From positions 1-64,000 of IMG/VR virus record IMGVR_UViG_3300046318_000165: a stretch of 64,000 bases of DNA. The stretch is one strand, 5' to 3'. Position numbers and translations under genes: made by a program. Origin of the DNA: a virus. Of this stretch, positions 49,730 to 60,879 are shown one piece after another. The notes below the pieces were generated by a model. It was not told where the DNA came from. It did not search any database and was given only the letters and a program-made list of their open reading frames with translations. Every line of letters begins with the position of its first letter. The first letter of the stretch is position 1.

Positions 49730-49828
49730 TGTGATATAATAAAATAACTGGTATCCAGGTTAGTCTCTCCCCTACCCACTAATTTGGATACCAGTTTTTT
49801 ATTTTTATTATGATATAATTTATCTACT

Positions 49829-51298
49829 ATGACAATTCTTGGATCAGACCCAATACAAACTAATTGGAATGTAACTCGTGGAGATACTTCAATCATTAGA
49901 CTTGAATTTCTTGAAGATGATGAAGCTACCCCAATTGATATCTCAGCTTGGGACATTATCTCAACTGCCTATAACATCAAAACAAAAACTACAGATGATC
50001 TAGAAGTTACTATCGGTACAGGATTTGTAGACATTACAGTTCCTGCAGATATCTCTATTGATTGGGGCACAGGATTTGGATCAGTAGTTGGAACATTATT
50101 CTTTGACGTGCAAGTAACATCTGGAGATTTTATTTGGACACCTGTAACTGGAACTATTACTGTTCTAGGAAACGTAAGTGGTGTATTGTAATGGTAATTA
50201 AAATTTCTAATGTAAAGACTGAGCTACCAAGTGTTGTAAAACTAACAGACACAGAAAAAATCAAGTTTTATAAAATATCTAAATAAGATATGATATAATT
50301 TAACTACTATGGCATCTACTAAAACTTATAATGTTGGCAATCAGCCACCCCAGGTCGTATGGACAATCGTTCGTGGTGATACATCAGCTTTTAGAGTTTA
50401 TGTAACTGACGATGCAAAGCAGCCAATTAGCATTCCTGATTGGACAATTTCTGCAAAGATTAAAAGACCAAATAACTATCTCCCAGCAGATTTTGGTATC
50501 ATCACAGATGATGCAACAACAATTTTGACACTTACCCCTGCACCAGTAACTGGAGATGGAGCTGGAGAGTTTACAGTAAGTTTATCAGCAAGTCAGTCAG
50601 TAACTTTAGAAACAGGAGACATCTTCGATGTTCAGTTGTCCTCAGCTGGCAGTGCACAGGTTTGGACTGTTTGTCAGGGTGCAGTGAGTGTTCTTGAAGA
50701 TGTAACTGACTAATGCCAGTATCAATAAAAGAAAAAATTCAAGGAACATTAAGATCAGTATCTGAAAAAACTTTTTCTTCTAAAGTTTTTCATAATGTTT
50801 TTTATTCAAGCATTAAAAATAAAACTGGATTTACAAAAACAGTAAAAGCTTCAAGATATCCTATAACAAAAATATCTAATATTGAGATAAATGTAAAGCC
50901 AACAGAGGTTCTTCCTTTTAGAGTTAAGTTTACAACTGTAAGTCTTACAACAAGTTATGGACCAGGTAATCCAGCACCTATCGGCATTGCTGTTATCGGT
51001 TTAAATAACTATATTTTATGATATAATTATTTAAACCCTGCAAAAAGCAGATAAACAAAGGAAAAAAATGGCAATCGATTTTAATGAAATTTTAACTGTA
51101 GACCAGAAGCGTCAGATTCTTGAACAACGTATTCTTCAGTATGCAGCAGCAAGATATGAAAATGTTATCAACAAAGAAATTGCTGAAAAAACCGAAAATC
51201 AGGCTGGCATTGATGAAGCTGAAAAGAATATTCTTACTTGTGAAACAGGAATTACTGTTCACAAGGAGCATCTAGATTCCTTGCCACCAGTAGAGTAA
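49829..51298 (+). other. Small virion-associated genes (49829-50191 and 50309-50713 are related, RGDT motif; 50713-51021; 51068-51298)
   Basis: Shared W..RGDT..I..W.I..FDVQ..WT...G.I.V pattern; TGATATAAT promoters. Confidence 0.55.
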
Positions 51299-51356
51299 TC
51301 TACTAAATAATTATAGTATTTGAATGCTATAATTATTAATTGAGGATAGTGAATCA

Positions 51357-52298
51357 ATGACAACAACTAATGTTAACTTTAAAGTTAAAAACGGCTTAGA
51401 TGTAGCTGGTGCAATCGGTGTTGGATCAACACCATCATATGGAACATCTGGACAAGTGCTAACATCTGGAGGCACAGGTGTAGCACCAACATGGACAACA
51501 GTTTCTGGAGGCAGTGGTGGAACCACAACAAATTCACTTACCTTTGGAACATCTGGATTAATTGCTACTACAGGAACAAGTCCCTGGAACGGTTCTGCAG
51601 CTGCAACTATTGACATTGATACTTCAAAAGTTCCACTACTATCTTCTGCAAACACTTTTACTGGCATTACATCAATTACAAATACCACAGAAACAACAAC
51701 AGCATCTAATGGTGCATTGCTTATTTCTGGAGGTCTAAACGTTGCTAAAAATGCAAACTTTGGTCAAAATCTTTATGTTGGAAATGGTGCTGTTACTCAA
51801 ACTGCCGTTGCAACTAATCCAATTATTATTGCTAAAGACTCTGGTGCAACATATGTTCAAACGGCAATGATAAACTCATCATCAACAGGCTCCGCAGACT
51901 TTGCAGCTTATGGAGATAATGGAACAGATACTGCTGGATGGGTAGATATGGGATTTACTGGTAGTGCGTTTAGTGACACTAATTATACTATTACTGGTAA
52001 GAATGATGGATATATTTTCACACAGGCAGTTTCAGGAGCAGGTCTTACAGGAAATCTAGTTTTAGCAACTGGTGCTAATGGAACATCAAATGATATTATT
52101 TTTGGCACTGGTGGATTTTTAACAGCAAATGAAAAAATGCGTCTAGACCATGCTACAGGAAAATTAGTAATGGTTTCAGGCGGAGGGTACTCAATATCTG
52201 GAGGAACATCTTCTCAATACTTAATGGCAGATGGATCTACATCATCAGGTAGTGGAGGCTTTGTAGACTATCAAGCCTTAACCTTAGTTTATAGATAA
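51357..52298 (+). CDS. Tail-fibre/virion structural protein
   Basis: G/T/S-rich; GTSGQVLTS.G and SQYLMADGS fibre motifs. Confidence 0.7.
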   Translation: MTTTNVNFKVKNGLDVAGAIGVGSTPSYGTSGQVLTSGGTGVAPTWTTVSGGSGGTTTNSLTFGTSGLIATTGTSPWNGSAAATIDIDTSKVPLLSSANTFTGITSITNTTETTTASNGALLISGGLNVAKNANFGQNLYVGNGAVTQTAVATNPIIIAKDSGATYVQTAMINSSSTGSADFAAYGDNGTDTAGWVDMGFTGSAFSDTNYTITGKNDGYIFTQAVSGAGLTGNLVLATGANGTSNDIIFGTGGFLTANEKMRLDHATGKLVMVSGGGYSISGGTSSQYLMADGSTSSGSGGFVDYQALTLVYR

Positions 52299-52341
52299 TG
52301 ATATAATTAATAAAACAAAATTTTGAAAGGATTTGATTTTT

Positions 52342-52848
52342 ATGGCAACAACACCACAATTTGCAGCAACACCAAAAGTTTGGACAGCAGCAACTTATTT
52401 AATTACATCTGGTGGAACTACTGCTTATGCTACAGCAACACCAACTGACGTTCAACTACAAGGAACTGGTGGAGTTGGTTATGCTAGAAGTGCTGGAGCT
52501 ACTGCTGTTGGCGGTGCTACTACACCTGTAGGATCAGTGCTGCTAGTAACTGGTGGGACAAATGGTTCTCGTGTAGACGAAATTACTTTTACATCAATTG
52601 TTCAATCAACAGCTAACGTAGGTCGTATTTTTATTTATGATGGAGCTAGATTTTTTCTTTATAAAGAAATAGCTATTCCTGCAGTAACTCCATCAGTATC
52701 AATACCTACTGCTTCTGTAACTACTACGTTTTCAAACTTAATTCTTCCAAGTGCAACATACAAAATTTATGTTTCAGTTGCCACGGTTGGTAACGCTACA
52801 ACAACAGATAATGGTTATGCAGTTATGGCATTTGGTGGAGACTTCTAA
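52342..52848 (+). CDS. Virion structural protein
   Basis: T-rich ORF preceding the Gly-rich genes. Confidence 0.55.
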   Translation: MATTPQFAATPKVWTAATYLITSGGTTAYATATPTDVQLQGTGGVGYARSAGATAVGGATTPVGSVLLVTGGTNGSRVDEITFTSIVQSTANVGRIFIYDGARFFLYKEIAIPAVTPSVSIPTASVTTTFSNLILPSATYKIYVSVATVGNATTTDNGYAVMAFGGDF

Positions 52849-52850
52849 AA

Positions 52851-53756
52851 ATGAATAAAGGTGCATTGCATGGTTTTGGATATTCACCATCTGAAATATC
52901 ACTACAACGCACCATTATATCTACAGGATATATAGATATTCCGTCCAATGTTACTGTAGTATTTGCTGTTTTGGTAGGTGGTGGAGGATCTGGAGGATCA
53001 GGAACAACTCTAACATCAGCGTCTGGCGGTGGCGGAGGTGGAGGCTGTGTAGTCTCTGGATGGGTTCCAGTAGATAACTACGTTATTATCGGTGCTGGTG
53101 GAACTGCAACTGCAGGTTCTCGTGGTGGTACAGGTGGAACAACCTATTATTCAAATCTTTATGCATCTGGAGGACAGGGTGGTGCAGGAACAACAACTGC
53201 TGTAACTTCAAATGCAACTTCTGGTGGAGGTGCTGGTGGAGGCTGTGCAGCATCAACTGGTGCAGGAACACAATCAATTTTTAACTATCAGCTTGGCGGT
53301 GCTGGCGGTGCAGGTGCTACAGGAACTACTGGAACTACAACTGGAGCTGCAGGATCAACAGGCGGACCAGCTGGCGGAGGTGGAGGAGGTTGCTATACAA
53401 CCACTGGCTTGGCTACTGGTGGAGCTGGAGGTCAAGGACTAACAGGCGGTGGAGGAGGTTCTGCAACAAATACCACTGCAGCAACTGTGCTTACAAAATC
53501 TGGTAATGGTGGAGATGGTATTTTTCCAGGAGGAACTGGACAAACTGCATCAGCTACATCATCAGTAAAGTATGCCTCTGGCGGTGGTGGTGGTGGAATG
53601 CTAGGTCCTGGGTCAAATGGAACATTAAGCGTTACAGCAGTACGTACAGACGGAGGAGCTGGCGGACTTGGCGGTGGCGGAGGTGGCGGAGGTCTAGGCT
53701 CTGCTGCTGCATTAGGTGGGGCAGGAGGAGCAGGAGTTCTATTCCTGTACTGGTAA
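52851..53756 (+). CDS. Glycine-rich protein, paralog 1
   Basis: LQRTI..TGYIDIP..GGGGSGG...LFLYW. Confidence 0.75.
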   Translation: MNKGALHGFGYSPSEISLQRTIISTGYIDIPSNVTVVFAVLVGGGGSGGSGTTLTSASGGGGGGGCVVSGWVPVDNYVIIGAGGTATAGSRGGTGGTTYYSNLYASGGQGGAGTTTAVTSNATSGGGAGGGCAASTGAGTQSIFNYQLGGAGGAGATGTTGTTTGAAGSTGGPAGGGGGGCYTTTGLATGGAGGQGLTGGGGGSATNTTAATVLTKSGNGGDGIFPGGTGQTASATSSVKYASGGGGGGMLGPGSNGTLSVTAVRTDGGAGGLGGGGGGGGLGSAAALGGAGGAGVLFLYW

Positions 53757-54674
53757 ATGATTTCAAAATTAACTGTTCCATATGGATTAACTTTACAACG
53801 CACTATAACTACAACTGGATATATTGATGTTCCAGATTATGTACAACAAGTTTATGCTGTAATTGCTGGAGGAGGTGGAGCTGGTGGCGGTGTTGCAGGA
53901 ACATCTTTAAATCAACCAGGAGGATCTGGTGGAGCAGGTCGTGTAGCTTCTGGATGGGTTCCAAAAACAAACTACGCTATTATTGGTGCTGGAGGACTAG
54001 GGGTTTCATCAGGAACAGTAGGTGGTAATGGTGGAACAACATACTATTCAATTTTATTCGCATACGGTGGTCAAGGTGGTGGATCAGGAGTTACACCAGT
54101 AGGAATTAACACTCTTTCTGGATCTGGATCAGGTGGAGGAGGAGCTATTGCTGGCGGTGGTGGTGGTGCAGGAACTGGTAGTGCTGGAACAACCTTTGTT
54201 TATCAAGTAGGTGGAGCAGGAGGAGCAGGAGTAGCTGGAAGCGTTTCTGGAGTAGCTTCAGTAGCTGGTGGTGATGGAACTTCTGGTGGAGGTGCTGGAG
54301 CATGTTCAGGAACAAGTGCAAATGTAACAGGTGGTAATGGAGGAAGTGGATTAGCTGGTGGTGGTGGTGGAACATGTTTTCAAACTACACCAAATGGAAC
54401 AAGTGTTTTGACTCCAGGTAATGGTGGTAGTGGTATTTATCCAGGAGGAACTGCAACAGCAGTAGGTTTTGGAACAAATACAAATGTTGGTTCTACTGGT
54501 GGAGGCGGTGGTGGAATTACTGGTGCTGGACAAGATGGATCTTATTTAGCAGTTGGAAATGATGTTGTTAATGGAGCAAATGGAGGTATCGGTGGTGGCG
54601 GAGGATCCTCTGGATATGGTACTGGTGCTATTAGTGGTAGCGGAGGAGTTGGGGCAGTACTTCTGTACTGGTAA
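53757..54674 (+). CDS. Glycine-rich protein, paralog 2
   Basis: LQRTI..TGYIDVP..GGGGAGG...VLLYW. Confidence 0.75.
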   Translation: MISKLTVPYGLTLQRTITTTGYIDVPDYVQQVYAVIAGGGGAGGGVAGTSLNQPGGSGGAGRVASGWVPKTNYAIIGAGGLGVSSGTVGGNGGTTYYSILFAYGGQGGGSGVTPVGINTLSGSGSGGGGAIAGGGGGAGTGSAGTTFVYQVGGAGGAGVAGSVSGVASVAGGDGTSGGGAGACSGTSANVTGGNGGSGLAGGGGGTCFQTTPNGTSVLTPGNGGSGIYPGGTATAVGFGTNTNVGSTGGGGGGITGAGQDGSYLAVGNDVVNGANGGIGGGGGSSGYGTGAISGSGGVGAVLLYW

Positions 54675-54676
54675 TT

Positions 54677-55561
54677 ATGAATAAAGGAAATTTAAAAGGA
54701 TTTGGATCAATTCCACAAGGATTGACATTACAAAAAACAATTTTATCAACTGGTTATGTTGATATTCCATCAAATATTTTTGTTGCTTATGCAATTTTAA
54801 TTGGCGGAGGTGGAGCTGGCGGTGCATCTACAACATCAACATCAGGATGTGGTGGAGGAGGAGCAGGAGCCATTGTTGCTGGATGGGTTATGGTAGATAA
54901 CTATGCAATAGTTGGTGCAGGAGGTCTTGGTTCTAGTGCTGCTTCAGCAGTAGGAGCAACTGGAGGAACAACTTATTATTCTAATTTATATGCTACTGGC
55001 GGTACTGGTGGTGCTTCTGATACTACCGCTGCAACTTCGCCTACTGGCGGTGCAGGTGCAGGAGGAGGATGTAGAAACACAACTATTGCAAGAGCAGCAG
55101 GTTCACAATCAATTTTTATATATAACTTAGGTGGAGCAGGAGGTCAACCAAACGTTGGGGTTGCTGGAACTGGAGATGCTTCACCAGGAGCATCTGGCGG
55201 TGGAGGTGGAGGTTCTTACACTGCATCAACTGCAGGAACATACTATGCTGGTAATGGTGGCATTGGTGCTACTGGCGGAGGTGGAGGAGCTTGTAGAAAA
55301 GGTGCAGCTGGAGCAACTACTACAACTATAGGTGGTTCTGGAGGTGCTGGTCTTTATCCAGGAGGATCTGGATGGTCAATTACTGGATCTGGTGGTACAA
55401 CGTTGTCAGGCGGAGGCGGAGGCGGAGGATATTTAGGTCCAGGATCTTCAGCAACAGTTGATAACTTAGGTGGTAATGGAGGACTCGGCGGCGGAGGCGG
55501 TGGCGGAGGCTGGGGTCCTTCAGGTTCAGGTGGTAAGGGTGCTATACTTTTATATTGGTAA
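54677..55561 (+). CDS. Glycine-rich protein, paralog 3
   Basis: LQKTI..TGYVDIP..GGGGAGG...ILLYW. Confidence 0.75.
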   Translation: MNKGNLKGFGSIPQGLTLQKTILSTGYVDIPSNIFVAYAILIGGGGAGGASTTSTSGCGGGGAGAIVAGWVMVDNYAIVGAGGLGSSAASAVGATGGTTYYSNLYATGGTGGASDTTAATSPTGGAGAGGGCRNTTIARAAGSQSIFIYNLGGAGGQPNVGVAGTGDASPGASGGGGGGSYTASTAGTYYAGNGGIGATGGGGGACRKGAAGATTTTIGGSGGAGLYPGGSGWSITGSGGTTLSGGGGGGGYLGPGSSATVDNLGGNGGLGGGGGGGGWGPSGSGGKGAILLYW

Positions 55562-55573
55562 AGGAGAAATAAA

Positions 55574-55750
55574 ATGGCGGTATTCGCAGTAGTAAATCCA
55601 GAAGGTGGAGTAGTAACAAACACCATAGTTGGAGATAGCCTTGAGTCTATTACTCAATTTGTAGGTGCTTGTGTTGAAATTACAGAAGCAACAGGAGGAG
55701 CCTCTATTGGCGACATCTGGGATGGTACAACTTTTACAAGACCTCAATAA
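55574..55750 (+). CDS. Small protein after the Gly-rich genes (not in ORF track)
   Basis: RBS aaggag; MAVFAVVNPEGGVVTNTIVG..ASIGDIWDGTTFTRPQ. Confidence 0.7.
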   Translation: MAVFAVVNPEGGVVTNTIVGDSLESITQFVGACVEITEATGGASIGDIWDGTTFTRPQ

Positions 55751-55776
55751 TTAATTAATTATGTTATAATGTTTAC

Positions 55777-56223
55777 ATGGCTATAATTGATATTAATGAC
55801 GTAAAAGCAGCGTTTGAAACAGGTGACAGACCTACAGGTGCTGATTTTGTTAATTTAATTGATACCCTCGCTGCTAATGCAACATTGCTAGGAGCAGGAT
55901 CAAATAATGATTCAATAATTACAGGCATTGAAAATGAAACTGTAGTAGATTCTTTAGTCGCATCAGACTGGAGATTTATTAGATATATGGTTTCTTTAAC
56001 AAGTACAATATCTGGATCAAACAAACATTATGCAACAGAAATTACAGTTTTACTTGATAATAATAATGTAAACATAAGTGAGTATGGCTCACTAGACAAT
56101 GATGGGGATGTTGGAACTGTTACTGTCTCAAAGGTATCAGGAGCAATACAACTAATTGTAACTCCAGATCCACAAACTAAGCCAGTCACTCTACGATTTA
56201 GTCGTATAGGACTTAAGGCATAA
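55777..56223 (+). CDS. Virion structural protein
   Basis: FETGDRPTGADFVNLID motif. Confidence 0.6.
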   Translation: MAIIDINDVKAAFETGDRPTGADFVNLIDTLAANATLLGAGSNNDSIITGIENETVVDSLVASDWRFIRYMVSLTSTISGSNKHYATEITVLLDNNNVNISEYGSLDNDGDVGTVTVSKVSGAIQLIVTPDPQTKPVTLRFSRIGLKA

Positions 56224-56238
56224 TTTAGGAGATAGAAA

Positions 56239-58662
56239 ATGGCAACAGTTACAAAAGATTTTAGATTAAAAGCAGGTTTAGTAGTCGAAGGACTAACTAC
56301 CGCAGGTCTTGTTACAACATCAGCTGCTGGAGTAATTTCCAGTTCAGCTTCAGGGTATGGAGATACCTATAACCCATATGGTTCAAAAACAGCTAACTAC
56401 GTATTAGCAGCTCCAAACGGATCTTCAGGTGCACCATCATTCCGTGCATTAGTAAAAGCAGACATTCCTGGAGTAAATAATTCCCTAGTTCTTAAAGCAG
56501 ATACAGGAACTACAGAAGGAACAGATTTATATACATTTGATGGTTCTGCTGCAAAAACACTTAACGTAGTAGCAGGTTCAAACATTGTTATTACAAAAAC
56601 ATCTGGACAGTGGTCTATTGCTGCTACTGGTGGTGGAACAGGTTCTGTAACATCAGTATCTGTTGTATCTGCCAATGGTTTTGCAGGTACTGTAGCAACT
56701 GCCACATCTACTCCAGCAATTACACTAACAACAACAATTACAGGACTACTTAGCGGTAACGGAACTGCAATTTCTGCTGCCTCTGCTGGATATGGAGATA
56801 CTACAAACCCATATGCTTCAAAGACTGCAAACTATTTCTTAGCTGCTCCAAATGGAGCATCTGGATCACCAACATTCCGTGCAATTGTTGCTGCAGATAT
56901 CCCAAGCTTATCTTCAACTTATCAGCCACTTGATGCAGATCTTACAGCTATTTCTGCTATTGCAAGTACTGGATGGCTACAAAGAACAGCTACAGATACA
57001 TGGAGCGTTGGAACCCCACCAAACTACTACCCAACAGCAGTTACAATGACTGCTGGTACTACTGCAGGTCCTACTGTTGATCTAACAATGTCTGGAGTCT
57101 CAAACATTACTGGTTCAGCAATTCCTTCAGCTTCTGCCACAGCTTCTGGTGTAATTACAACTGGAGCACAAACTCTTGCAGGTGCAAAGACATTCTCAGG
57201 TGCTGCAGTATTTAATTCCACTGTTACTCTTTCTGCAGATCCTACATCAGCAATGCACGCTGCTACTAAACAGTATGTTGATGGAGTAGCTCAGGGTGTA
57301 AATGCTCACGATGCTGTTCAATATGCAACTACAGGAACAATCGCTGGTACTTATACAGCAGGTTCTGCAGGTGCTGATGGCGGAACTGGTGTTGGTGCAA
57401 CAATTACCTATACATCAACAGGAACTACAACAATTGATAGCGGAGCTTCTCCATTAGCACTTAATGACCGTGTTCTTGTTAAAGATGGTGTTACTGCAGA
57501 TGCAGGAACAGGTTCAAAAGCCAACGGTATTTACTATGTAACAACTGCTGGTGCTACTGGCGTAGCCACTATTCTTACTCGTGCACTAGATTACGATAAC
57601 TCCATTGCTGGAGACATTATGACTGGTGACTTGGTATATGTTATTTCTGGATCATCAAATGGTGGAATCCAATACTTGATGAATGTTTCAGGTACTTCAA
57701 CCACACCAGTCAAGGGTATTAAGATTGGTACAGATCCAATTACCTTTACACAATTCTCAGGTGCAACTAGCACACTTGCTGGTGCTGGTCTTGTTGCTAC
57801 TGGAAATACATTTGCTGTAGGTGCTGGAACAGGCATTACAGTAGCAGCAGATGCTGTTTCTATTGATACTGCCTGGACTGGTCAAACAGCAATTACAACA
57901 GTTGGAACAATTACAACTGGTACATGGTCTGGATCATTTGGATCAGTATCTGGTGCAAACCTTACAACTCTGAATGCATCAAATATTTCTTCTGGAACAA
58001 TTGGTGCTGCAAGACTTCCAAGCGTTAATATTGGTACTACATCAGTAGACCTAACTCGTGCATCAGGTGCTTTAACACTAGCTGGTCTAACTCTTACCAC
58101 TCCAGTACTAGGTGTTGCAACTGCAACTAGCATTAACAAGGTTGCAATTACTGCTCCTGCTACAAGTGCTACCTTAACAATTGCTGATGGTAAAACATTT
58201 ACTGCAAGCAATACCTTAACAATAGCAGGAACAGATGGAAGCACTCTTACTATCGGTTCTGGAGGAACACTTGGTTCAAATGCATATACATCAACAGCAT
58301 ATGCTCCAATTGCATCTCCTGCACTTACTGGAACACCAACTTTTGGTGGAAATGCTGGAATTGTAAACGCTTCTGGATCAGGATCAGCACTATTTACGCT
58401 ATCAAGTATATTTGACAAGACAGTTTACAATGGTGGAGAATTTATTGTTAAACTTTCTGACGGTACTGACTTTGAAATCATCAAACTATTAGTAGTTATT
58501 AAGGGAACAACTTTTTATGTAACTCAATATGGAGATGTATATTCAAACGCAGTAATCGGAACAGTTGACTTTACACTATCTACAAACAATGTTAATATTA
58601 CAATTACTCCAGCAGCAGGAACAGTTACTGCTAAGGTAGTAGGAACACTACTAGCTGTCTAA
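56239..58662 (+). CDS. Long tail-fibre-like protein
   Basis: 807 aa T/A/G/S-rich; internal duplication YGD..NPY.SKTANY.LAAPNG.SG.P.FRA; HAATKQYVD, DRVLVKD..NGIY. Confidence 0.75.
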   Translation: MATVTKDFRLKAGLVVEGLTTAGLVTTSAAGVISSSASGYGDTYNPYGSKTANYVLAAPNGSSGAPSFRALVKADIPGVNNSLVLKADTGTTEGTDLYTFDGSAAKTLNVVAGSNIVITKTSGQWSIAATGGGTGSVTSVSVVSANGFAGTVATATSTPAITLTTTITGLLSGNGTAISAASAGYGDTTNPYASKTANYFLAAPNGASGSPTFRAIVAADIPSLSSTYQPLDADLTAISAIASTGWLQRTATDTWSVGTPPNYYPTAVTMTAGTTAGPTVDLTMSGVSNITGSAIPSASATASGVITTGAQTLAGAKTFSGAAVFNSTVTLSADPTSAMHAATKQYVDGVAQGVNAHDAVQYATTGTIAGTYTAGSAGADGGTGVGATITYTSTGTTTIDSGASPLALNDRVLVKDGVTADAGTGSKANGIYYVTTAGATGVATILTRALDYDNSIAGDIMTGDLVYVISGSSNGGIQYLMNVSGTSTTPVKGIKIGTDPITFTQFSGATSTLAGAGLVATGNTFAVGAGTGITVAADAVSIDTAWTGQTAITTVGTITTGTWSGSFGSVSGANLTTLNASNISSGTIGAARLPSVNIGTTSVDLTRASGALTLAGLTLTTPVLGVATATSINKVAITAPATSATLTIADGKTFTASNTLTIAGTDGSTLTIGSGGTLGSNAYTSTAYAPIASPALTGTPTFGGNAGIVNASGSGSALFTLSSIFDKTVYNGGEFIVKLSDGTDFEIIKLLVVIKGTTFYVTQYGDVYSNAVIGTVDFTLSTNNVNITITPAAGTVTAKVVGTLLAV

Positions 58663-58675
58663 TAGTTATTAAAAT

Positions 58676-58718
58676 AAGTAAGCTCTCCCTAATATTTTTA
58701 GGGAGAGTTTTACTTTTT
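58676..58718 (+). terminator. Intrinsic terminator
   Basis: ctctccctaa/ttagggagag stem followed by T runs. Confidence 0.75.
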
Positions 58719-58776
58719 TGAAAACTCTGCTATAATTGATATATCAATCAATCCTAAAGAAAGTGTGGTAGATACC

Positions 58777-60807
58777 ATGTCAGAGTTTTTTTCATTTAGA
58801 CTTACAGATGATTTTGTAGATAAATACAAGGCTGTAGAGTCCCCATTCGGTTTCGTAGATGCAGGAGGTAACTCTCTAGGCGAAATTACATTTGTAAGAA
58901 CCTACTCTCGTGTCAAGGAAGATGGCACAAAGGAACGCTGGCACGAAGTCTGTCGCCGTGTAATTGAGGGTATGTATTCAGTTCAGAAGAACCATGCCAA
59001 AGAATCACGTCTTCCTTGGAATGACTACAAGGCACAGAAATCAGCACAAGAAGCATTTGATCGAATGTTTACTTTGAAGTGGACACCACCAGGACGTGGT
59101 ATGTGGTCATTTGGAACACCACTAACTATGGAGAAGCGTAACTCTGCTGCTCTGCAAAACTGTGCTGTAGTATCTACTAAAGACTTAGATAAAAATGATC
59201 CAGGTGCATTATTTGCTTGGGTTATGGATGCTCTAATGCTTGGTATTGGTGTTGGCTTTGATACCCTTGGACAAGATAAGAATTTCCAGATTTATGCACC
59301 AACAGAACCAGCAACTACTTTTGTTATTCCAGATGACCGTGAGGGTTGGGTAGAATCTACTCGTCTACTTATTAATTCATTCCTACGACCTAACCAGTCT
59401 ATTCAGGAATTTGACTATTCTGAGATTCGTCCAGAGGGAGCACCAATCAAGGGATTTGGTGGAACTGCTTCAGGACCTGCTCCACTAATCAAGATGCACA
59501 ATACTATCCGTCAAGCTATTGGAACTCGTGCAGGAGAGCACTTTGACTCTCGTGCAATCGTAGATATTATCAACCTTATTGGAACCTGTGTTGTTGCAGG
59601 TAACGTTAGACGATCCGCTACCCTTGCTCTTGGAGTAGATGGTGACGAAGACTTCCTAAACCTAAAGAATGCTGAGGCATTTCCAGAGCGTAACTCATAT
59701 GATCCAGCAAAGCCAGGCTGGGCATGGATGTCTAATAACTCTATTGCTGCAACCGTAGGAATGGACTATGCAAAGTATGTAGACCGTATTGCAGATAACG
59801 GAGAGCCAGGATTTATTTGGCTAGATGTTGCTCGTAACTTCGGTCGTCTAGCAGATCCAGCAGATGGTGCAGACTATCGTGTAGTTGGATTCAATCCTTG
59901 TGCAGAACAGCCACTAGAGTCATATGAGCTATGTACTCTAGTTGAGGTTCACCTAAACCGTCACGAGTCAAAGGAAGACTTCCTACGTACTCTAAAGTTT
60001 GCCTACCTATATGGAAAGACTGTAACACTTCTTCCAACTCACTGGCAACAGACAAATGGTATCATGCAACGTAATCGCCGTATCGGAACATCACTTACTG
60101 GTATTGCGTCATTTGCTGATGAGCATGGTCTACCAACTACTCGTGAGTGGATGGACGAAGGCTACAACAAGATTCGTTTCTACGACAAGAAGTATTCAGA
60201 ATGGCTATGTGTTCGTGAATCAATTCGTGTAACTACAGTTAAGCCGTCTGGATCTGTATCGATTCTATCTGGAGCTACCCCTGGCGTTCACTGGGGTCCA
60301 GGTGGAAAGTTCTATCTTCGTGCTATTCGTTTTGGTAACACTGACCCAATGCTTCACCTTTTCAAGGCAGCAGGGTACAAAGTTGAAGACGATCTAGTAT
60401 CAGGTGGAACATCAGTAGTATACTTCCCAATTGCATCTGGACAGAAGCGAGCAGAGAAGCAAGTAACACTATTTGAAAAGATGGCTCTTGCTGCAACTGC
60501 ACAAAAGTACTGGTCAGATAATGGAGTATCAGTAACCCTATCATTTGATAAGGAAACTGAGAAGCAGCACATTGCTTCTGTTCTAAATATGTATGAGGGT
60601 CAGCTAAAGGCTGTATCGTTCCTGCCAATGGGTAACACTGTTTATCCACAGCAGCCATACACTGAAATTACAGAGAATGAATATGACTACTACATCGGTC
60701 GTATTGCTAAGATTGATTTCTCTGCAATCTATGATGGAGTAGACAATTTAGAAGCTCTTGGCGAAAGTTACTGCACCACGGACTACTGTGAGATTAAAAT
60801 CAAGTAG
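58777..60807 (+). CDS. nrdJ: Class II (B12-dependent) ribonucleoside-triphosphate reductase
   Basis: RTYSR, PPGRG, LQNC, GNVRRSA, NPCAEQPL, TTVKPSG, C-terminal C..C. Confidence 0.92.
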   Translation: MSEFFSFRLTDDFVDKYKAVESPFGFVDAGGNSLGEITFVRTYSRVKEDGTKERWHEVCRRVIEGMYSVQKNHAKESRLPWNDYKAQKSAQEAFDRMFTLKWTPPGRGMWSFGTPLTMEKRNSAALQNCAVVSTKDLDKNDPGALFAWVMDALMLGIGVGFDTLGQDKNFQIYAPTEPATTFVIPDDREGWVESTRLLINSFLRPNQSIQEFDYSEIRPEGAPIKGFGGTASGPAPLIKMHNTIRQAIGTRAGEHFDSRAIVDIINLIGTCVVAGNVRRSATLALGVDGDEDFLNLKNAEAFPERNSYDPAKPGWAWMSNNSIAATVGMDYAKYVDRIADNGEPGFIWLDVARNFGRLADPADGADYRVVGFNPCAEQPLESYELCTLVEVHLNRHESKEDFLRTLKFAYLYGKTVTLLPTHWQQTNGIMQRNRRIGTSLTGIASFADEHGLPTTREWMDEGYNKIRFYDKKYSEWLCVRESIRVTTVKPSGSVSILSGATPGVHWGPGGKFYLRAIRFGNTDPMLHLFKAAGYKVEDDLVSGGTSVVYFPIASGQKRAEKQVTLFEKMALAATAQKYWSDNGVSVTLSFDKETEKQHIASVLNMYEGQLKAVSFLPMGNTVYPQQPYTEITENEYDYYIGRIAKIDFSAIYDGVDNLEALGESYCTTDYCEIKIK

Positions 60808-60879
60808 TTATAATTAAAAAATGGTTATGCCCTGTCACGAAATGGCAGGGCATTTCTATTTTGTGGTATACTTGATGTT

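Noticed and set aside
53086-58418. Pro/His-rich ORFs on the minus strand and alternative frames of the fibre genes
   Set aside because: Shadows of Gly/Thr codon repeats in the real plus-strand genes.
52851-58662. Diversity-generating retroelement acting on fibre genes
   Set aside because: No reverse transcriptase and no template/variable repeat pair differing only at adenines in this window.
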